Shown here: one piece after another, positions 47,631 through 61,599 of the stretch
Layout: each line of letters starts with the position of its first letter
Numbering within the stretch: position 1 is the stretch's first letter
From: Phoronis australis
Lineage: Eukaryota > Animalia > Phoronida
Direction of reading: 5' to 3'
Assembly: GCA_002633005.1 (NCBI GenBank)
Contig: NMRA01000058.1
Span: 349,585-413,584, forward strand
DNA length: 64,000 nucleotides
Notes under the pieces: generated by a model
The model's input: only the letters and a program-made list of their open reading frames with translations
The model's database searches: none
Told to the model about the DNA's origin: nothing
Made by a program: the position numbers and the translations under genes

Positions 47631-49868
47631 TTGTTACTTGGCGAAATAAATTTCGCCAAGTATGTTGGTCTGACATTAATTTTTTTTGTTTGTTCACACT
47701 CTACAGGTGGCAATTTCCGTCCAATTTCCACGAAATTTGCACACGACGTGTAGATTGGAATGTAATGAAAGCCTACTGTTTTTGGTCATGATCGGATTCA
47801 AAATGGCGGACGTGGCAGCCATTTTGTTTCCAATTTCACATTCAAATGCTCATAGAGGCCGCATTTTTTGATGTACAGAGCTGAAACTTGGTACGATTAT
47901 TGTAGAACACGTGCTAAAATTGTACTGAAAAACGTTGACTTCCGATTAAAGATGGCGGAAATATTGACAATGGCGCATGCGCACCTCGATATCTGGCCAA
48001 AAATGTTTTCTCCTGTAGAGGGCGCATTGGCGAATCAATCACTTTCAAACCGATCACGTGTTTGTTGCTATTGATCAGCTTTTATAAAATTTTGTTTAAC
48101 CGCAAAATTTCAATTTTTTCGAAAAATTTATGCAATGTTGCGAAACTATCAATTTAGATAGAATTTTGGACGGGCTTTCAGAAGATATTTTCCATTTTCG
48201 CTATGACGTCTACTTTTTGAATTATTTGAGATTTTCTGCTAGCACTGTTCCTTTGTTGACAGCTCTTGCTGCACTGATGTTGGTTTAGCTTCTATTGAAC
48301 AAGACCATGAAGACATTCCTCATAGGCCACATCTTTCGATGTGCAGGGCTGAACATTGGTACGATTATTATATCACACAAGCACTACAACCGCGCCGTCA
48401 ATCTTTAACTTCCGGTCAAAGATGGTGGAAATATCGGCAATGGCACATGCACACTTCGATAACTGGCCGAAAACGTTTTTTCCTGAAGAGGGCGCATAGG
48501 CGAACCAATCATTTTCAAACTGGTCACGTGTTTGTGGCTATTTATTGACTATTTTAAAATTTTGTTTAATCGGAAGTCACTTTCAAAATGGTGGCTCTGG
48601 CGCATTTTCACCCGTTTTCAATCGTTCTATGGTCGCATTTTTCATGGGAAGAGCAAATGACGTTTGCATGAGGATTCCTTGAAGTATGCTATTTCAAAAG
48701 TTGTTTGATAACATTTTTCTCAGACTTACCGTTTTTGAGTTATTTGACTGCAAAATTTCAACTTTTTCGAAAAAATCATGGAATGTTGCGAAACTATCAA
48801 TTTAGATAGAGTTTGGAATGGGCTTTCAGAAGAAGTTTTTCATTTTTCACTAGGACGTCTACTTTTTGAATTATTTGAGATTTTCTGATAACGCTGTTCC
48901 TTTGCTGAGCGCTCTTACTGCATTGATGTTGGTTTAGTTTATTTGAACAAGACTGTAGCTTATTTCTTACTAATTTATGACATCTAAGGTCGTTGTATGA
49001 ATGTTATGATGTTGTTCATCATCGCCACCTTCATCATCACAATCATCATCGTCGTTAATTTTGCCTATTGTCGCTCAAGACTGTAGGTAGCACTGAACAG
49101 TCAGGCCGCGGCCACGAAGCATTTTCTAGTCCCTAGAATTTATGTTGAAGACGGGTGTTAGGTTTGGCGGGTGGGTTGAAGAAATTGTTGACAACAATTG
49201 CCAGGAAACTTAGTTACTTGTGTTTTTGAATGAGAAAAGCCAAGTTTTACCTACTTTTGATGCAAACTGGTGGCTGCCATTTGTTATCAACCCCTGTCAT
49301 CTGCTGTCCGAGAAACCAGGTGCGATTTCAGGTGGCTGTCAGACTGATCAAATTTGCCAAAAAGTAGCTGGTAAGGGGTTTACTATGACCACATAGTTAG
49401 AATATAGTAAGGAGGAGCATTCTGAATCTGTAGTCAGACTTTTTCAAGCACTTGCAGGGAAGTGGTTATTTCATGGAGAAAATTGTCAAATTTGGCGTTT
49501 TTTGCAAATAGTTTTGTTTGGCGGGACTTCCTTGCCATGTATGTTAACCGATTAGAAATCTGTACAGTTCGATAGAGTTTTAACCGGCTTTCATAAGATA
49601 TTTTTCATTTTTCGCTAGGACGTCTTAACTTTTCGAATTATTCGAGATTTTCTGATAACGCTGTTCCTGTGTTGACCGATTTGCTGCACAGTGGTTGGTC
49701 TACTGAACAAGACAGTAGCCTATTTCTTACTGATTTCTGACATCTTCGCTAGTCATATGAAAGTTGTCGTGTTGCTCATAATCCCTACTATCATCATCGT
49801 TGTCGTCATCTCCATCGTCGTCTTTTCGGTTAACTTCGCCTAATGTCGCTCCTCCGAGCACTCTTGTT
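47631..49868 (+). mobile_element. Second Helentron-like tandem-core repeat family (two adjacent pieces, ending ~49130 and ~49868)
   Basis: 5' TACTTGGCG..CGCCAAGTA inverted pair, duplicated cores (47850-48320 vs 48320-48960 vs 49560-49840), ends GCATTTTCTAGT and GCACTCTTGTT. Confidence 0.6.
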
Positions 49869-51531
49869 TAATTTGTACCTATTTTCAAAGTATGGCAGAT
49901 ATGCACATGAATGCTGTTTTTTTATTTTTTCTCTTTGAATTGATTTAGTAAATCAACTAACTCTTACTAGGTTCTTAGTATTTAGTTACAAAATTGACAT
50001 GTCATTGAAATGTAGTGTACGTAACCCTCGTAACGTACCACGATGTGAACAATTACCATGAAACAAAAACATTACACGGTGAATACTTGTCACAGACAGT
50101 TCCCTCCTTTAAAAATGCTAGGTTAAAAGAGTGTTAATTACAAATACATTTGTTTCGAGTGAAATACTAGCATTGTGTAGTGTACGTACTCCTGCAATAT
50201 AACTTGTGCCTGTTTTCAAATAATGACAGACAGATATGCACATGTATGCAGTACTTATTATTATAGATTTGGTAAATGAACTAACTTTCAATATATTCTG
50301 AGTATTTTTTTATAAATCTAACAAGTCATTGAAATGTAGTGTACGTACCCGTGTAGTGTACGTACCTTCAACCTCTGTGCTATAAAGTATTGCCCACAAG
50401 GATTTTTACATACTGCCAGTGCTGCTGTTCTAATGAACAATACTGATATTGCCAAAATGAATCCAGTCTGACAAAAAACAATGGACATTATCAAATTTGT
50501 GGGCAAAAAAATGCTACACAGGACTTCTCTGGTACTAAACATCCTAGGAGACACGTCATGTGACAACTGATGTTGCTGAGGCAGGTTCTCTATCTCTCAA
50601 GAGAACTTGCAACAAACCAACAAGTAGAGGCAGCACAAAACTCAGGACCATCTCATACATTTGTAAATTAGTTAAAATTTGATGTTGATTGACTGTGCGT
50701 TGTGTACTTCCCTCCCAACCAGTACCATTTTTTACTGTTTACAAGTGGAACACTGGTCCTAGCATTGCTTTAACTATTTTGATCAACTGGTGAATGTATT
50801 GAAAACTAAGCAAATAACACCAATTAAGATTTTGAAAAAAGTAGTTACTTGTCATTTTCTTTTTGTAAGAATCACATTGCAAGAGGAGAAATTCTCATTA
50901 TACTGTGTTAAGATATGCAATGTATCATCATCTAGAACTTGATCAGAACGGTAATGACTTTTCTTACTTAAGTATGTTATACTTCTTGAATTTGATGAAG
51001 AACTTATTAAATTAACAGCTACCTTATGAATTTTTGCATGGTAAAAATGGGCTGTGACCACAAGTTGTAGTGTACGTACCCTTTTATACAACTGTGATGC
51101 ATTAGGCCATAAAATTTTATTTGGTGGTTCTTGTGCAAAAATATTTTAGATTACAAACCTGGAATGATGGTGCTTTAAAATAACCCAGCTTTTACAGTCA
51201 TACGACAACCTTCATTTTTCACCAAAAGTGGCCACCGAAATTGGACCTTGATTGTGATTTGCCCGTATATGAATACGAAAGGAGACCCCATATCGCAGCA
51301 AAGCCTGATGAAGTAAAGCTCGAAAGCACCGCATTTTACAAAGCCAAGTGTCTGGTAGTGCACAAGATTTCAGAAGGATTTATCAGCATGCGATCTTCAT
51401 ACGTAACTAGCTCCATAGTGTGATCTGTGTACATTGTCAATTAATTGGTCATAAAACTTTATTACTTCAGCCCAGTTGTTTTCGGTTGCAAAGTACAACT
51501 TCTCAAGTTTTAGTCAGAGATCAAGTTTGAC

Positions 51532-51700
51532 ATGTTAGTCGGCGGTGTTTAGTGCAGTGAGAAAGTGCAGGCAGTGGTCAAGGGGTTGCCGTCAGATTGG
51601 CGGACGTAGTGATCGACGAGATCATCACGCCTGACCACTACATTGTACGCTTCCCGGCCTGGTAGCAAGTATAGTTTTGTCGAACGAAATCTGCGCTCGG
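51532..51700 (+). pseudogene. Tudor-knot/chromo-barrel-like first exon, frameshifted
   Basis: Reconstructed over three frameshifts: FSA.EKVQAVVKGLPSDW.DVVIDEIITPDHYIVRFPAW.SKYSFV; GTACGT donor-like site at 51701. Confidence 0.4.
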
Positions 51701-52491
51701 GTACGTGCTTCCTTGGCAAGAGCAAGAAAGGCATAATCTGTTTTTTATTTAGTTTTTGCTATTACAGTATATTTATTGTTCATTTTTGTGTGATGATGTC
51801 TAAGCCAGTCAGTCTATAACAATTTCTGTTAGCGGGTTAGGTAGGGCTGTTTGCCTCTGGAACCCGCACCCAGGCTATTCAAGTAAACAATATGAATATG
51901 AGTGTGCTAAGTTTTATAAAACGTGTTACAGTAACATAAGTGGGGTAATTCTGCACGTTTAGGCGTATAAATTATGAATCTCAGTTTACCAGTACGTAGT
52001 GTCTGAATTTTAAACACAAGATTATTAATTTAAGGCAATTCTCGTTACCTAACCTCATAAAGTTTCGTCATGAAACACGCTCCTATCATAATAGTTCATT
52101 CTCAGATGAAGTGCATGCTTGTTGACCCATTAGGTCATTGTAAGATAGGCTAGCCTATGGTTTAACTTTTCAATACTTACTTAACTTGTTAAATAGTGCT
52201 CATGACAACATGCTAACAATGGAACATTACAAGCCTGCCCTGGGCTTAAATGCATTTACTGAGCAGATGTGAGTCCATCGTTTCCTGACAAATTCGATAT
52301 GTTGGTGGTGACCTTAGGTCTACTTACTGGCAATCATATTTTGTAGACCAAGTTGCTTACCTGATTTGTGTACTTGGTGTTGTATATTTTGTATGACATT
52401 TTGCGGTATTATTACTATTCCAAAGAGACTGTGGATGCCCTCCTGTATAGTTGTGCTCTGTAGTATTTTTGTAGATATTTTAATTTTATTA

Positions 52492-55400
52492 CCGTATTCG
52501 CCAATAACCGCCCATGCCCCTGTAAGCGCCCGCCACGCGTTTTCAGTCTTTGTTAAAATAAGCACCCACATACAGGGCTTGGAATGACCCATGACAAAAA
52601 AGAGGAAAATTTTTACTGCCCCAAATGCACATTGCAATCTAAACAACCATACCTCAACAGATCGAAAGTAAACATTATTATCGCAAAATGCCCTGTAACT
52701 GTGTCGTGTTAGCAAATCGCACTCATTTTAAGCAGTACCTGACATCTATTTCAGCAACAATGATGAAGGTACTTAGATGCAACAAAAGATATTTTTTTAA
52801 AATTAAAAATAATAAAGATAATGATGCAAAATTTGCAGTACGAGTGACAGAAGGTATAACTCTTGATTTGCTGCAGGGAGAGCTATAAAATTATTTTCAT
52901 TATTTTAAGTTCTTATAATTACGATACAAAGTTATAAAAAATTCTGAAAATCAACCCAGATTATCTGGAAAGCCTGAAATACATACACATATAATTCCAA
53001 CAAAAAATTAATTTCCAACGCAACGGAAACTTTTCAAGACGAAAACCAGTGGCTCATACCCCAACTATAAGCATGGAAAAATGACAGTCAAAAACAACAC
53101 ACTTTTAACTATAGAACACATCAATCACAATCCTAAGTTGGCCAAACTTTTCAGTTTAAAACAGCACTGACAGGAGTTAATTGTTCATAAGCCACGCTGG
53201 TGTAGAACAAACTATGTGACATAATAAGAAATGACTCCAAGAACACTCAAAATAGGATAGCAGAATTTGTAAACAATGCCTTGGACCAATCAGATCATTC
53301 AGAACCTGCCACGTGACCACGTCTCTCTTGAACTGCAAAACTTGAGTCGGTCAAAATAAGATTTTTTAACGAAAAGAAAACATGAAAAGTGTCAAAATAA
53401 ATTGGAATGCGGCAACTTAAAACACATTTGCAGTAACGAAAATAGCACTTAGTATCCCGTTTCGGCGGCACTTGGAAAATGGGCGGACTCGGGCCTAGGA
53501 GCCAACTTGGCAACTGCAGGCACGGCCTTGCACGTGGGATCAGACAAAAGAATTTCATACATCACTCAAATCCCACGATTCCAATTCACCGAATTACTGG
53601 TTATGGTTGAATTCCTTTTAGAAAGCGGTTTTCTTTCTTGTGTTTCATCAATTTTGGTGGTTCTCCGCGATTCGGCCACGCACACCGTAATTGTCCCTCT
53701 GTCAGCGTTTACAGAGCGCAAACCCAGATCTTTGTTGTGTACGTGCGAACACATTAACAAAATATTTTGTCAACTCCAAGCTCCACGCATTTTTGGCCTC
53801 AGAATCGCATTATTTGTCACCGTGATTAATACCACATGCAGACGCCATTCATGAACCACACAATACCAGGTGCCCCGGCAATTACGATTTTCGTTCCTCC
53901 AAAACATAAAGAGCAGTTTCCGCTTTTCAAGTCGTCAGCAACGCCGCGGTTAGAAATCGATTTACGGCGAAAATTTTATGGCAAATCTGATTTTTTTCCG
54001 CGGCAATATAACAAAAATGCGCGGAGGGAATAAGAGCAAAAAACGGAAATCCGCGTTTTCGTGGAAAATTCCAAGCCTTGCTCGTGAACACATCCACTAC
54101 CACAAGAAACTGTAGGAACACCGCATTTATCCACCTTTACTCTTATCAGACTTCTATTGTGAGTCAGCATGCGTGAATAATTGGCTGATGAGCCACCTCT
54201 GGAACTACTTTTGGCTGAATGGATGACCAGGCCATAAAATGATAATTAGCCAAGACCAGTTACTAATGCAACAAAGAATAATGTCGTTGCATCACCTAGC
54301 CTTGGTGGAAAGCTGTATACTGTATTGGCTCTAATAAACGCTTAGAAAAATTCATTTCACGGGGAGGGTACGCTTATCGTAGCCTACGGCAGTTGAAACC
54401 CGGTTTACCAAACGGGTAAAATCGGAAGCTAGGATTCATCAAATTTACGCTCTGTGACGTATTTTTAGCCTATGACAGTCTTTCTACAAAATTGTCGTGC
54501 ATTGCTATCAACTTCCATTGTTAAATTACAATAATTTTTCAAAAAATTGTGCTCATCACAGGGCGAAAACTTGCCGACTGATGCGTCGCTGATAAGACGC
54601 TGAATCGCGATCGTCAATAGGAAAACTTGAACTTTTGAATAAAAATATAGTTTCAACTCAACAAATTACCTGAAATCTTCCTTATGTTTTACAATTTTTA
54701 AAGTTCATGTGGAGTCCAAATTAATTGCGATTAAGTTCAAATCTGCGCTACATCGTAACCCACAACACGAGAAAAACGAGATGAACACACGTTGTTGTCA
54801 CGTGACGTTTGTTTTGAAGTTCGTCTGCGTATGAGAGTGAGTGAGCGTGCGTGTGCGGGTCATCGATGACAGACTTTTTTGTTACAAAAGGCGGAGGATT
54901 ATGCAAGAAAATGGCGTTTACTAGATTGTTTTTCACTTGAACGGCTGCAACATGCAAGGTGAGTGCTGCATGGTTAACTTACAGATTTTGTTTGCATAGG
55001 CCGACGGTCGTTAGCTCTACCGTGGAGTATTAATAGTCCAAGGTTCGATCTACATGTTGGGGACGAGGTGAACTACCTGGGCTGTGTGAAATTTCTGGGT
55101 CTAACGGAGACACTGACGCAGTAGTCAGCCAGTTCGCTGTATCAAGTCAAAAACCCAAATTCGTTTTATTGTGTCCCTGTCAATAATAACGGCATACTAA
55201 AGTTTCTTAATTTTCGTACTTTAGGAACATAACAATCACATATTTTGTACACATACGTGCAGGCCACAGATCACATCTCGGAAATTGCCGATTTGACGGA
55301 TGACAATGAATGAGCACAATGAAATTAAACAACATTGTTTTACATCTTGTAAGATTCATAATAAACGTATTTTGAATATTGCAATGCTTGTGTTCCAAAA

Positions 55401-56109
55401 TCTAAATAACTTGGGTCCTATATTTTTGTATTCGTGCGCGCCGAATGAACGTAATCGTGAGTGTTGCTGTGTTGCAAATCTCTTATCCTGGGCCGATTTG
55501 AAAAATTCAAAGTTGTACTCGTATTTGTTTTCGCTCCTCTTTTCAAATATTACAGTAAAAACTACGTAAAACTCTCCATAAAAAGTACAGTCTGCAAGCT
55601 AGATTGTAATCAGCTGATCATATCCGCATGAGCGAAGCCAATTATCCTCGCTCGTGACTCGATGAATAGAGCAGCTTGGCGGCATCCCTTTGATCATGAG
55701 CCGAGCGCGATAAATACGGTCTAGTTCAATTTTCCAAACCCCACCGTTTACCTTGACAAGCGGGGTTAGGACCAATCGTATTTAGTGGGAATGTTTATAG
55801 CATGCAATCATTCAAGTAGCCATATCGATGATTGCGAGGCAGTCAGTTGGCAAGTTGTCATCCTGGGATTTCAGCACAATTTTCTGTAAAATGATCGTAA
55901 TTTAGCAGCAAAGTTTGATAGCAATGCACCACGGTTTGTAGAAAGTCTTTCATAGATTACAGATACATCACAGAGCGTAAATATGACGAATCTTAGCTTC
56001 CGATTTCACTCGTTTCAGAGACCGGGTTTAAACGGCCTTGGGTTATAATAAGCACTTCCCCGAAAGAAACCTTTCTAAGCGCCCTGGGCGGTTATTATGG
56101 CTAATACGG
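52492..56109. mobile_element. Related pogo-like element with CCGTA termini
   Basis: TA|CCGTATTCGCCAATAACCGCCC ... GGGCGGTTATTATGGCTAATACGG|TA with TAAGCGCCC subterminal motifs. Confidence 0.72.
54077..55804. mobile_element. CATG-terminus TIR element, copy 2
   Basis: Collinear with 42522-44201; flanks CAAGC / CAATC could be a decayed 5-bp TSD. Confidence 0.75.
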
Positions 56110-57385
56110 TATATAATATATAATAGACATGCAAGTTTTGGTATGAAGTTCTTCCTGTTGTACATAGTGTCATACACTGTTGTTAGTAACTGCATAGCAG
56201 CCCTAATTAAATCTTATTTTATGCTGTGTGCCAGCACTGTGCATTGTGGTTTGGAAAGTGATGCTCTGACTCTATTAATATGTGTTACGTTTGTAAAAAG
56301 GTTTACTTTAAATGAACTATTTTGAAACTTACAACCTTGTGTCTTTCTTTGTAATTGGCAATCGGATGTCACATCACTTCGATTGTTAAGCAGTGAATTT
56401 TAAATCCTAATTTGTCTATCTAATGGTTTAGCTGTTCATGCTGCACTTAATTTCGATATTAACCTTGATTGCCTCAAGGTTAAGAGTTATTGTTCTACTT
56501 AATGGTTATGACTGATGAAAATATAGAAATTTTGCCACAATGGTATCTCAAAAACAGCTTGTCAGACCCAAATGAAACAGACACTATGGAATCGACCTTG
56601 TTCTCCAGACTAAACAGGGCTGTTTTTGAATAAGATACCTTCAAAAATTGAGGTTTTAATAAATTATTTTTATGAAATATTTGGTTTTCATCTTAAAAGC
56701 TGCATAAAATAACAAAGGACATCTTGAAAATGAGATTCATTCGTGAATATTTATGTGAAATGAAATTTGCCCATGTTGATAATGCTTTATCTTTCCTGCA
56801 ACATTCTTGCTTTGCTAAAATTTTTGTAAAAGAAAACATGTTCATGTGAAAGCAGATATGTGTTGGGTAGAAAATAAAATTCTGAAATCTTTTTATTTTC
56901 AGAAAACATGTACCTTTTCTGAGTACAATTGTGGAATGAATTTTGCAAAAAAATTGACTAAAAGCACATGGTTCCTGGTGAAGTTTTTCACCAGAAATTA
57001 TCACCATTCTCTACCCTTTATAGTTTGCAAATTAATTGCTCCACGGTAATAGCAACAGTTGTGAATGACCCCTTGACCTGAGAAAGTAGTTCCCTGAAAG
57101 TCAGTTATCTTCTGCTGAGCTGGACAATAAGGTCACACACAGTGCATTAGATTCAGAATAATAGAGGGGCACTAAACTTGGGGCAATGAAGTGTGCACTA
57201 AACTGGCTGAATTTCATTAAGGTTTGCTGCGATATGGAACGGCTATAATAGAGATGAGTAACGCAAAATAAAGCTTAGGGGCTTATATAAAAGTGAGTGA
57301 CAAATGTCAAAATAATGACGATGAATGCATTTAACAAGTTAAATTTAATTTATCACCATCTAGTTTGTGCGAGGTTGCCAAGAGC

Positions 57386-59500
57386 TATGTTGCAGAGTAA
57401 AACAAGATGAGGATTGTGAATAATGTCATTTATGATGATGTAAATAGAGAAACTAAAGAAGACTGCGAGATGGGCATGCAAAAAACGCCATGATGGCAGA
57501 ATGGGAATATGGACATGGCCCATCCAAGGAAGCGTAACTCGGGCAATAACAACAGTAGGCTATCTACAGAAATATATACAATTATAAAGATATACCTAAA
57601 ACTAGAGTACGAAATTTAACAATTGAACCTGGGATAAAAGTACCTAGGACTAATGACTAGAATTTGCAAAGGCTGCAGACCTTTGGGCTGCAGGCTGTAA
57701 TAACAGCTGACCTGCACAGAGGAGGAGGTAGGCTATGACAACCGACCTGACTTGGGAGGTAGAAAAACCGTCAATGGGCTGAAACCACAGACCCAGCGTA
57801 GTTTGAGGAGGCTGAAAAGGATAAGGTGAGAAATGGGGAGTTGAAACAGCGGCTCCCGGGAGTTGAGGGAAGCCTAGTGGTTAAGGGAAAAAAGCATACA
57901 TGCAGATATAGTTTTTCAGTGCATCAGATTCCCAATGCCCCATGCGCTGGATCACCGGTTCAGGGATGCCACTGCTGACCGCTCATGTAGCCACGCCGAT
58001 GCGAAAGCTATGTGACTAAGACTCAGTGTCATTAGGCTTGTAAAGGAGACTACTTTAGTTGACATGTAGTTGCACAAAGTAGTAACAGATAACTGGTGAT
58101 CCACTGAGGTGTTGGAACAGGGGGCCTGCAGTAGGCTAAAAGGTAGAAAAGTACCAAGTTAAGGCAGGGAGATTGGACGGCAGGTATTATAAGTGACTCG
58201 ACTCCCGATCTGTGCTTGAAAGTATGCAAAGTGATAACCACCGAGTAGCCCGAGGGCGGAAAGACAACGTCACTGACTTGGATGACATGAGAAGTTAGAG
58301 ATGAGGTGACTGTGAATTCACCAACTCTGAGGAAGGCGTGAATAGGCTGAGGAACATACGGTATGCATGTGCGAGAACAGAGTCGGTAAAAGAACCGAGT
58401 GCAGAAGGGCAGGCGTCAAGTAGGTGGTGCAGGAAAACTGAAGTAATAGGCATGTGTTTGTCAGCAGAGGAACAAAAACTAGAAGCACCTAATTGAGGAG
58501 TTTTTGATGAAAAAGGAGGAGGTAGGGTCAGGGAGGTTGTCCAGTTTGTGAACAAAATCAATGGCAGAACCATGGGACAGGATATACGAGGCAGAAAGGC
58601 CAGATTCAAAAAGATGAGAGATGTAGTTGGCTAAGATAGATGTCTTAATGGGCAAGGAAAGAGGGGAGCGGTTAGAGGAGAGGGGGAACTATGCAAAATC
58701 ATGGAGGACACAGGTGTAGGATTTAAGTGGATGGGGAAGTGAGGCCCTGAGCAGTCTGGTCACACCTCCAAGAGGTGTCTTGGGATCAGCACCGGATACT
58801 AGGGTTGATCTACAAACCCTGGGAATAAGCAAGCTGAAATTCAAACAAGAAAGTGTGTCAGCAACAACGTTAGTGAAACCAGGGATATGTTTTGCATGAA
58901 AATTGAGAGCGTTACAGGTAAGAGCTGAGAGGACGAGACGACGAACAAGGGACATAATGGGGGGGTGGGGTGGCGGGAAGAGGTTTTGTTGATAATGTCG
59001 ATGAGAATCTTGTTAGCGAGCTTTGAGCCTCACAGCTCCAGTGTGATGACTTATAGGCAGTAGTTTGTTGAACGTGATGTGATGGTGCTGGAGGCAGCCT
59101 GGGAATGGGCAGGCAAACTAAGAAGCCCCCACTGGGGCCTGCAGTGTCTAAGTACAGTTTGATTGTGTTTGAAGATGTTTGTTTGTCAAACAGGAACAAT
59201 GTTTTCCCATTTAAGTCTCGGAGAAAAATTGACTAAGCCCTGAGGTTTACTCTGCCTTCTCGATTGAGAAGGGCGAAGCAGTCTGGTCTCGAAATACCTA
59301 TGGTGAGGTTGATGAGGCAGCGAAGGAAGGCATGGCTTTTGGCACGGTGACTGAGCAGGCGAAGTTGAGTAGATCAATCAGTGTTTGAACATCGAGTAGA
59401 GTGACCTCCCAGTGCTTCTGGAAGTCAAGGAGGTCTGCAGCCTTATCCACCTTGTCCTGGGAAAGAGAAGCTGTCATGGTCGTAGAGTCGAGATCATGCC
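57386..59500 (-). mobile_element. Ngaro/DIRS-type tyrosine-recombinase retrotransposon remnant (RT end, RNase H, YR)
   Basis: GMILDSTTMTASLPQDKV (~59490-59440), MSLVRRLVL..FHAKHIPGFTNVVADTLS (RNase H), AFLRVGEFT (~58330) and SHSFRIGVAT*AVSSGIPEPVIQRMGHWESDALKNYI (~58015-57905, YR catalytic end). Confidence 0.88.
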
Positions 59501-59549
59501 ATTACGGCGTTTTCCTGTTGCTCCCAACTTGTTCAATTCTATAACCCAA

Positions 59550-60120
59550 CAACAAGTTGGGAAGATCACCCCTGTAGCCAATATTTTACATGACTGATTA
59601 ACTCCATTCTGGCATTTATTGTTGGAGGGCCGATAATTACTCTAATCTCCGATCAGATCATATCTAGCCTGACTGGGCTGTGCTGCTAAAAATGAAAGTT
59701 ATAAGTTATAACATATCTGAACATAAACCAATAGTCTTTCTGAATTCCTTGTCAAATGCTGATCATGTTTAGTTTTTGAATCACCAAAATCGCCCATTAC
59801 TACAACAGAAGTTTATAGCCAATCCATTCTGCCAGCCGGTTTCAGGAACTGGGAGATAGTTGGCATGCTTGTTGTCATACGGGACAAAAGACTGTGCAGG
59901 GCAGTTAATAAAGGACCCAGATGTTATCGCACATTAAGAACCCCTCACGTCTGGAAAAGTTACTGTAGGACAGAACGCCATCATGCCATAAATGGTGATT
60001 GAAATTGTGGTTCATGGGCATGCCCACAGTCGCAGAGAGACATGAATGTGGCGAGGTCCTTGGAGCATTTTGGCGAGGGTGGAGGAACTGAGATACGCCG
60101 GCGACATTAAAGCCTAACTT
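59550..60120 (-). repeat. Possible decayed LINE AP-endonuclease fragment
   Basis: Scattered motifs DGVLSY, VVVMGDF, LDMI in the expected order; heavily degraded. Confidence 0.4.
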
Positions 60121-60886
60121 CAACAGAATTTTGTTGTTTTAGATGTATTAAGCTAACTAAATAGTCCTAGCAAAGCCTCAGTAAAATAAGAAAATGTGAG
60201 TAAATGCACGCAAATGTAAGCCCGCTAAAAGATAACTGAAGGTGCCTGTTTCGCGGCATCTTGCGTCACCGCGAGATCTCAGCACAAACAATAAAAGATT
60301 TTAATGAATACTGGTCTGAATAGACCATTGCGGTGACGTAGACAAAAGCTGCAGCTTGGATACGCCTAACAATTACTTACATTTGGCAATTTATGACACT
60401 AGTGCGCTCAGAGCGATGCTGGCTTAACAGTCTTTTGGAACCAAATTTACAGGTGTTACCGTTGAAGATAGGCTTAAGCTTGAATGGCAGAACTGATCAT
60501 TTCGAAGATGTTGTAGCTGAGACACAGCCAATTGGTAGGCACTTGTTGTAATAAAAGCTCAGGATAGGCCTAAAAGATGGTAGTCGTCAGGGTGAACCAG
60601 AACGATGCGCAAAGCGTCCTTAATGTCGGTCTTTGCCATGAAGGAGTAGTGTCCAGTCACAGTGTTGAACCAGGCGGATTGCGTCAGTGATGGATGATAC
60701 TGGACTTGAGAGAATTGAGGGGAAATGAGGAAGTTAACCCAATTAGAGTGACGAGATGGATATGAGAAATTATGAATTGGACGAAAAGTGTAAGGTTGAG
60801 ACTTAGTAATGAGGACAAGAAGTGACGAAGAGAAAAAGGGGAATGGAGGGGATGTGAAGGGGTCACGTGATGATCAAAAAGATGGT

Positions 60887-61178
60887 GGATTGAGTGGGAT
60901 AAACTACGTACAACATATTCCATGCCTCACTGAAAAAGATGACATTTACCGTATACACACAATGGAGATCATGGGTAAGATACCCACTACTAAGTCTGAT
61001 CAGATTTCTGAGTTTGACCAGTGGTCTCTATGGCTCAGTGGCTAGAGCGTCTGCACGGTTAGCAGGTACTGGGTTTGAGTCCCAGTTGGGGGCAGAAATC
61101 TTTTCGGACTTGAACAGGATAAACTACTTGCAACATGTTCCACGCCTCACTGATGATATTTATACACCGAGATGTTGA
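60887..61178 (+). mobile_element. tRNA-derived element bracketed by ~70-bp direct repeats
   Basis: Cloverleaf 61023-61094 (D arm GCTC/GAGC, anticodon stem TCTGC/GCAGG, T arm CTGGG/CCCAG); GGATAAACTAC..CAACAT..CCA.GCCTCACTGA at ~60897 and ~61117. Confidence 0.65.
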
Positions 61179-61599
61179 CGGCTGGGCCGGTTGAGGTCTT
61201 GCAAAATAAAGGGCTGGAAGACTTGCAGGTACAAGGCCTCGTTGATTTCTTAGGTGCCATGCTGGAAGAGAAAAACGTACTGAGTAGACTTTACCGAGGT
61301 AAAAACCAGGGAATGGGAGAAGAGAAGAAAAAGGGGAACGACCATAAGGGCACTCAGCCAAACATAAAAGGGGATATCATAATCCCGTATGGAAAGGAAG
61401 AAGCTCATTGGGGAAAATACTGCCAAAAAAGTGGTTAGAACACTCGTAAGGCCTTATCCTGTAGGTATACCACTAAAATGTGAATGATTTGAACGAGGTG
61501 TAAATTAACAGGAAACAAATATATTCATAAATGATTACAATAAAGTGAACAGCTGGACGGGATGGCAAGGTGTCGGGGGAGGGAGGGTGAAAAGGCCCT

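Noticed and set aside
51300-51340. CTGATGA..GAAA hammerhead-like core
   Set aside because: Stem II closing pair is mismatched and no stem III with an NUH triplet can be formed.
32760-52460. Candidate upstream exons (~32764-32793, ~33478-33519, ~46939-46983, ~52368-52458)
   Set aside because: Each has one weak splice site or lies in duplicated or repeat DNA, and they do not form a phase-consistent chain I can defend.
61023-61094. Functional tRNA-Thr(GGT) gene
   Set aside because: Non-canonical anticodon loop (no U33), TTTGA T-loop, GU-heavy acceptor stem and repeat context indicate a tRNA-derived element.
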